64,000 nucleotides of DNA. Origin: Octopus vulgaris (lineage: Eukaryota). Below, piece after piece: positions 55,914-64,000 of the stretch. A program made the translations under genes and the position numbers. How positions within the stretch are numbered: the first letter of the stretch is position 1; each line of letters starts with the position of its first letter. Location: NCBI GenBank assembly GCA_951406725.2, contig OX597820.1, forward strand, positions 9,796,001 through 9,860,000, given 5' to 3'. The notes beneath the pieces are model-generated. The model was not told the origin of the DNA. It saw only the letters and a list, made by a program, of their open reading frames with translations, and did no database searches.

Positions 55914-56439
55914 ACTAACATTTTAATTTTACTCTCTCCTGAAAACGTTTCGCTTCCATTATATGTCTAACGTCTTTGTAAAAGGCCTGAATGTTACGGT
56001 TACGAGAATCGCTCCTTTAAAGTTTACGAATAAAAGCTTTCTAGGAGAGAAACAAGGATTTTATTTTAGTGTGTGTTCACTCAAAGACATAATGAAATCA
56101 TACAGTTATAGCAGGAACTGGATATAGAATGTATAGAAACCATATAAGGTAATATTTCTTTAGTTACGATTTTCTAACATCATGGAAAAGTTTGTGATAG
56201 CGAACATTATGGGACGTTATTTTTAAGAATCAGTGTATCGAAACGAACCCGTGTCCTGAAGAGTAAATAAGATTTTCTTTTAGAATTTAATCGTTGGTGG
56301 TGGTCAGTACCTCAAGATTTTCTGGTTTTATTCCTACACATAAATGATTGAGACATTAAAATTAACAGAACTAATTGAAAGACAATGACCGGAGCGAAAA
56401 TATAAACAAGGTTGAGGTTACGGAGAACTAAGTTTGAGT

Positions 56440-56525
<86 letters not shown>

Positions 56526-56530
56526 TATAC

Positions 56531-56582
<52 letters not shown>

Positions 56583-56587
56583 CATAC

Positions 56588-56637
<50 letters not shown>

Positions 56638-56686
56638 GATGCTACGATTAGTAAGGAGAGACACAAATAAGAAAGAAGAAAACAAA

Positions 56687-56731
56687 GGACCACTGATGCG
56701 GTCACAGGAGTGTGACGAAAGAACTCTGGCC
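56687..56731 (+). ncRNA. Minimal type I hammerhead ribozyme-like motif
   Basis: ggaCCA CTGATGCG GTCACA ggag TGTGAC GAAA GAAC TC TGGcc: stems I and II intact, one core deviation (A9 to C). Confidence 0.6.
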
Positions 56732-56906
56732 GAAATAAGATTAAGATTAATGTAAAAAATAAATAACACTGAAGCAAAATAACACCAAATATATAGTGCG
56801 TGTGTTTTTATTGGCTAAACTGGCAATATGACCATTCCGAAATATAACAATATCTGTTTCAACACACGACTTTACATAAAAAATCTTGCACAACAAATAT
56901 TTAAAC

Positions 56907-56943
<37 letters not shown>

Positions 56944-57289
56944 AGGACAACAAACATTAAGGAAAGGCAAACATCTCGAGTCGTATACAATTTTATTATT
57001 GGAAAAATGTATTTTCCAATAATATTGTATATGGCTTGAGATGTTTGTCTTGCTTTAATGTTTGTTGTCCTCTTTAACAATTATATATCCGCTGCATCGG
57101 AAATCTTCAATGGCTCCATAACTACTGTCTCGGCTATAACCTTGGAACCCCAGTAATCCCTTACACCACTTACCTAACGTACTTAATCATTCAGATCACT
57201 TGTGAACTAAACCCCCGTAATTTGTATACATACATACATACATACATGCATGCATGCATACATACATACATACATACGCACATACATAC

Positions 57290-57369
<80 letters not shown>

Positions 57370-57403
57370 ATACATACATACATACATACATTTGTATACA
57401 TAC

Positions 57404-57456
<53 letters not shown>

Positions 57457-58050
57457 CATATATATATATATCTATACATATATACATATATATATATATC
57501 ATACATATATATATATATCTATATATATATAATACATACATACATACATACATATCACCACTCATTCGCGTACACTATATATATATTATACGCACGCGCG
57601 CACAACCATGTGTTTATGTATGAAGATAAATACTGAAATACCAAAAAGCGTCAGAAAATATAAAGAAAAATGAGAATCATACGAGAATCGAACCCTTATC
57701 ATTTAGTTAACGTCTATTCTTTTATATGTTTCAGCCTTGAGGCTGCGGCCATGCTGGGGCACCAAAGAAATGCTTTTTTTGTCAGTTCAGAGGAAGATAA
57801 AAATGTGGTGAGGAATGGTACATCTAGATGACGAGTAAGTTATCGAAGAATGCTGGAAAGTAAACTTTTGTGCAACCAGTGGATAGTGAAACCGGAAGGT
57901 GGGCGCATCTTTTTCGTGTACAAACGGGTGAGCAGTATTTCAGTGTAGGGTGAAGTGATATCTTGTTAACATCAGTTGACAAGTAGAGAAAGTCTTCTTG
58001 CTTATTCACTTTGCATGAAAAATATAATTTCCGTACAATGTACCATCAAA

Positions 58051-58510
58051 CCATCCATTCATCCATCCATTTTCTTCGCCACTATTCCTAGGAGGGTCGA
58101 AGGAGGAGAGTCCTTAGGGCCCCTCCTTCATCTGGTCCCATGAAAAAGCAGCCGTCATTATATTTACCTGCTGAATTCTCAAGCGTGACCAAATGACAGT
58201 AAGGATATCATCGAACCATCGCGTTCTTGGTCGACCCATTGGTCTCCTGTCAGTTGGCTTCGGCTTGAAGAATCCGCCTTGCGATTCTATCCTGCGACAT
58301 TTTGACCACAGTCCGTCATACTGGAGCTGAGGCCTCTCAATGCAGAGAAGCAGTGGCTTGACATGGAGAGACTCTTTGATCTTTAAGCTTCGCAACCTGT
58401 CGACTAACGTTACTCTAGAGATCCTTGGGCCACTTGTATCAAGTGATCGTATTTTCTCGACCATTACCCAACATTCATGACCAGTGGTGAGAATAGGCAT
58501 GAAAACCGAA
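58051..58510 (-). pseudogene. RTE-clade LINE 3' end, Rex3/Expander-like
   Basis: PILTTGHECWVM...KPLLLCIERPQL...PTDRRPMGRPRTRW; 3' end gaagaaaa(TGGA)n. Confidence 0.85.
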
Positions 58511-59320
58511 ATATTTATTCGTATAATTAATATAATAGCTAATTTTGATGTGTTAATTAAACGTTGGCTTCGGTGATTTAAGCACTTTTTACACAGCTTT
58601 TACCTGCATAGCACATTGCTCATGTCTGTGTTACTGATATTTTGCTTCCTTCTGTAAGCCATCAGCTTTTATGCTACCATGTATTTAAACGATATCACAT
58701 ACTTAGTCGTCTCATTGTATCACCTCTGATAAAGGCTAAAAACGACCAGAAACATGTGTGAATGTTTGACTATCAGGAACGTATTGTGTTTCAGAGATTA
58801 AGTATATTGTATAGATATTTATTTCAATATGTGACTGGATTTTATTTGCAAGCATATGTTCGTATAGAACATCTTACTGTAATGTTTTATATATGATCGC
58901 TCTAAATCATCATTTTCAATTCTGTTAAACCATTTCGATAATTCACTTTTCATAAAAAGTTATTTCTGGTATAACCACGAAATATATCTTCATAAAATTA
59001 CTATGCATGTACACACATATGTATAATATATATAAGTATATGTATACATACACATATATACTTGCATAAATATATAACATACATGCACACACATATACCA
59101 TCGTAAAAATGCATACACACACACACTATGTATATTTACGTATGTATCTCTCTATCTACATACGTACGTATATGTGTGTATGTGTATGTGTGTGTGTGTG
59201 TGTGTCTGTGTGTATGTGTGTGTGTGTGTGTGTAAATGTAGATGCAAGCGTATGTAGATAAGTAATGTTAAAAATTTAGAGTTAGGAAATATAGGAGAAA
59301 ATGAGAATAATATGAGAAAC

Positions 59321-59402
59321 GGGTATATAGCGTAGTGGTTAAGAGCGCGGGCTACTAACCCCAAGATTCAGAGTTCGATTCCAGGCAGTGACCTGAATAA
59401 TG

Positions 59403-59445
<43 letters not shown>

Positions 59446-59630
59446 CATCGAAAAATACCTTAGGAATGAGAACCCAGGTTCGAAATTTCGCAAATACACC
59501 TGATGAAGGCTGGAGGGTATATCAGCCGAAACGTTGTTGTAGCAACAAACAAGATGAGGACAAATGTCCGTCAAATGTAAATAATGTAAATAATGTACAT
59601 TATTCTTCATCTCTTAAAGATAGAACTGTA
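59321..59630 (+). mobile_element. tRNA-derived head + (AAT)n + hammerhead ribozyme + AT-rich tail (candidate ribozyme-bearing SINE)
   Basis: A box TAGCGTAGTGG (59328-59338), anticodon-like arm ggg-CTACTAA-ccc, B box GAGTTCGATTCC (59371-59382), HHR at 59495-59541. Confidence 0.65.
59495..59541 (+). ncRNA. Minimal type I hammerhead ribozyme motif
   Basis: TACAC CTGATGA A GGCTG gagggtatat CAGCC GAAAC GTT GTTGTA: intact core, 5-bp stem II, ACGT palindromic stem III. Confidence 0.75.
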
Positions 59631-60697
59631 CGAATTTATTATTTGGTTAACACTTAAATTACAACATCCTCATTCTACGAAAGATTCATAAATTCATCCA
59701 TATATCATCAAAGTTATTTCAATTTGCTACTTTCAGAATATAATGAATACATACATGTATGTATGTATGTATTCATTATGCACACACACACACACATATT
59801 TTATTCGTGTTTGCGTACGCATGCGTAAATGAGAGTACGCGGACATGTTTTCTATCGTCTTAATGAAAAGCATTTTCCTCCATATTGCTCTGCTAATTTA
59901 CACCAAGTGAATAATTCAGTTCCCACAGGCAGCAACAAGACTTATGAATACACATTTAAAACGATTTTTAGATGATGGAATATGCTACACATTCAAATGC
60001 ATATAATCGCTCCATGAGTGTGCATCTGTGTTGGTATGCATGTGTTAGTGAGTAAATATAATAATAATAATAAAAGCCTGATCGGGTTGGGCGAGTGAGA
60101 GAGATCTTCATAATTCAAAAGCAGTATTTGGCCTCAAGACAAATAGCTTATTAATTTCAGTTAAGATTATTTACGATTTAGCCTGGTAGTCAAGCTGAAA
60201 TCTTTACAAAGGTTAGTTAGCTGAAAATAATTATACATTTAATACAATTTCTGAATAGAACTGAATTTGTGGTAGATCTTAACATGTGATTTACATTTGA
60301 TGTTGGTTTACCGCAGGAAAGTGGAGTTCTTGTATACTTGTATTGTGGTTATCTAAGGTGAAATTGGTTTATACATACATACATACATACATACAATCAT
60401 ACATACATACATACATACATACATACATACATACATACATACATGCATACATACATACATACATTCATACATACATACATACATACATACATACACACAT
60501 ACATACATACACATACATACATACATACATACATACATACATACATACATACATACAGACCAACAGACATATATCTATGTTTGTGTGTGTGTGTGTATGT
60601 GCGCATGTGTGTATGTGTGTATGTAGTTCAACGAAGGCTAGAAGGTCGAAACGCAAAGTCATTATCGTTCCTCTTCTTGTAAAAATATAATAAAATT

Positions 60698-60742
<45 letters not shown>

Positions 60743-60788
60743 AAATATATGTATATATACATATATATATATAAATATATGTATATAT

Positions 60789-61120
<332 letters not shown>

Positions 61121-61893
61121 TATATATATATATATATATTTAATATATATTATATATATTCATATATCTTTATATGTACGTGTGTGTGTGTGTTTGTGTG
61201 TGTATGCGTGCATGTTAACGTATATATAGTTTAGAGATATTAAGATTTTCTGAAACTAAGTATATCATTTCAAAAGATATACTTTCAAGATGAGTACAAC
61301 TTCATTTGCACAGTATATATTCTTAATAATTTACATATAGCTTTTAGAAACTAAAATAAGATTAATAACAGAATAAATACTTCTTATTATAAAAAGACAA
61401 TGATAAAAAAAAAAAGCTAAACGAAACCGAAACGTGAGGGTTTTCAATTAATGGATAGAATTTAGAGATTTGTTATTCATTCTAGAATCTAAGAATGAGA
61501 CTGTTTTAAATAGGAATCAGTGAACATTATATTTTTCAGTGTATTATTGAGAAAAGATTTCATTCGACTGGTCACCGGTTGCATACCTATGGCTTTTTTG
61601 CATGTATAACGAGCAAGTCTTGATTATTACGTAACTCGTGGCTTTCTGAAACAGCTGTCGAGATAGGAGATTGCACATTTTCGTTATATATATATATCTT
61701 TCTTTATTTATATTCTATATTTTTTGCGCTCTATGTAAATGCATATAGAACATATACTAAGGCTAATTGTGTTTATTTGCCTTACTTCTTCTCTCTCCCT
61801 CCTCTCTCTTTCCCTCTGACTATCTCCCCGTCTCTTTCTTCCATTCTCCCCTCTCCCCATGTCTCTATATATGCACACACATACATACAAACG

Positions 61894-61979
<86 letters not shown>

Positions 61980-61980
<1 letters not shown>

Positions 61981-62190
61981 TCTTTTATTCTTTTATTTGT
62001 TTCAGTCATTTGACTGCGGCCCTGCTGGAGCACCTCCTTTAGTCGAACAAATCGACCACAGGACTTATTCTTTGTAATCCTAGTACTTATTCTATGACAG
62101 TCTTTTGCCAAATCGCTAAGTTTCAGGGACATAAACAAATCAACATCGATTGTCAAGCGATGGTGGGGACAAACACAGACACACAAACAT
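61980..62190 (-). mobile_element. SINE family A tail half
   Basis: Matches the A tail consensus. Confidence 0.8.
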
Positions 62191-62296
62191 ATACATACAA
62201 ATGCACTCACAAATCCAGGCATACTTCAAACATGCTCGTACATTAATACATACACGCAGACACAAAGACACACACACACACACACATACATTCACA

Positions 62297-62340
<44 letters not shown>

Positions 62341-63324
62341 TGTACATTTTATACATATATACACATATATGTAATCCATATCAAACTTTACACTGCACTT
62401 ACAGGGAATCGAGTCACCCTGGATCTGTGATCAATGAAAGAATGAAAAGCGTCTCCATTCGAGTAGCTAAATTGTCTGCTAATAAGGAAATGAATATTTA
62501 ACGACAATGCCTGGTATTATAATGCGGCTCGTAAAAGAAGGAAAAAATTACATACATACACAACTTTAGCCCCAAAAGTCACATTAAATATTTGTACAAT
62601 GAAATATTAACACAGATATCTTCAACAGTTAGGCATATAAATTCCATATCCGGTAACTTGAACTACTCTAAAATTGCTAGTTTAAAATGATAATAAATAT
62701 CGTGGTAACTGCAATAATAATAGTTATAAATTCACCACCAATAGTTTTGCTCATAAAAATGGAAATAATAATAAACGAATTTTCCTTTATCTCTTAAACA
62801 TAGAACCCATATTTAACTACGTCCAGTTTTATTTTTCTGACTGTTGGTTGTCTTTATTAATCTTGATCGACAAATTCTGTATGTGATAGTTGATAGAGTA
62901 TCAATTTTTCGTCCTTTTCGTCACCACGAAAATGCGATGATGATGCAGAAAAATTTCTAAGTACTTATCGAGTCTGATATAGATGCAGGCTTTGCACTAC
63001 TTAATCACACTTAAAAATGATAAAAACAGATAATGTTAATGAAACAAATATTCGCACAATAAACGAAAGAAAAAAATGAAAATAATAAATTGATAAAAAA
63101 CAGAAATAAATACTTTAGAAAATAATTTGACTTTTAAGTAAACTGTGTTAGAAAACAAATTTATCCTGGGATTTGAAGAAAATACTTTTGAAGAAATAGA
63201 AATTTTCGGAAGATACATTTTTAGATAAGAGGTGTTAAGAGATTTTTTTATATGGTTGAAGATAAAATTTTCGCGATCATGTATTTATATTTGTTTATAT
63301 GGTGTTTAAAATAGACACATTAAT

Positions 63325-63522
63325 GCAGGCACGACTGTGTGGTTAAGAAGCACGTTTTTGCAACCATAACTAAACAGGTGATTCCAGGTTCAATATCCCT
63401 GCGCGGCACCATAAGGAAGTGTCTTCAACTAAGACCACTGACCAACCAATGCCTTGGCCCGAGAGTTTCGTATGTTGGCATTTATCAAAGTGTCAACACA
63501 CGAAACTCTCGGACCATGAGTC
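63325..63522 (+). mobile_element. Old SINE A head interrupted by a 62-bp palindrome
   Basis: ...accaatgccttg [palindrome] tgagt..., where the A consensus is gccttgtgagt. Confidence 0.6.
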
Positions 63523-63665
63523 ACTCTGTTGTTTCTGTTAAATATTAATAAAAATATACATATATTCATAATTTGAGTTCTATTTTTCCCGATTTCACTA
63601 ACATACCTAATCATAAATACATATGTATGAATGTATGTATGTATGTATATATATGTATATATATG

Positions 63666-63739
<74 letters not shown>

Positions 63740-63744
<5 letters not shown>

Positions 63745-63900
63745 AGAGTTCACGGAGAAAACAAAAGACGAATAATACAGGTGGTGTAGAAAACAAACAG
63801 ATGTATTAGTATAATGCTCGGAAATTGAAAAAGTCTTTTACATTTCGAGCCTACGCTCTTCTATAGAAAGGGACACAGATAGGAACAAGGAGAGAATACA
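63740..63900 (-). mobile_element. Penelope-type short element with degenerate variant HHR (63835-63870); tail fragments also at 33019-33092 and 36971-37042
   Basis: rc reads CTTT CTATAGA A GAGC gtag GCTC GAAAT GTA AAAG; caggtggtgtaga.aacaaacagatgtattag shared with the other copies. Confidence 0.55.
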
Positions 63901-64000
63901 TACAAACATTTATTACATTAAAATTTCTATCTTACCAACCGAAAACAGAGATTGACAAAATTAGCTAAATTAGCATAGAATAATGGTTCCATATTTTTTT

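Noticed and set aside
59321-59395. Functional tRNA gene
   Set aside because: Acceptor stem does not close properly and there is no oligo-T terminator; treated as a tRNA-derived head (as are the other SINE heads)

Overview
AT-rich, extremely microsatellite-dense animal genomic DNA. The SINE families and repeat landscape look like an octopus (cephalopod) genome; this is an inference from pattern recognition, not a database match. Almost all ORFs in the supplied track are translations of microsatellites or SINEs. The only well-supported host coding sequence is two phase-1 exons on the minus strand (39457-39498 and 14-256). They join in frame into a probably secreted protein resembling the IgGFc-binding-protein N-terminal domain, which would make most of the window intronic. 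The rest is a dense mobile-element landscape: four tRNA-derived SINE head types; LINE 3' fragments (L1/Tx1-like, RTE Rex3/Expander-like, CRE-like, Penelope-like); Tc1/mariner and Tigger remnants; a MITE; a non-autonomous Helitron; and a ~4 kb tandem duplication. The most interesting signals are: (i) about 11 minimal hammerhead-ribozyme-like motifs from several unrelated families, one placed behind a tRNA-derived Pol III head (59321-59630); (ii) two copies of a Tx1-like LINE both embedded in (TATC)n, suggesting microsatellite targeting; (iii) a SINE whose target-site duplication matches its own head; and (iv) a complete 2-head x 3-tail SINE module matrix.
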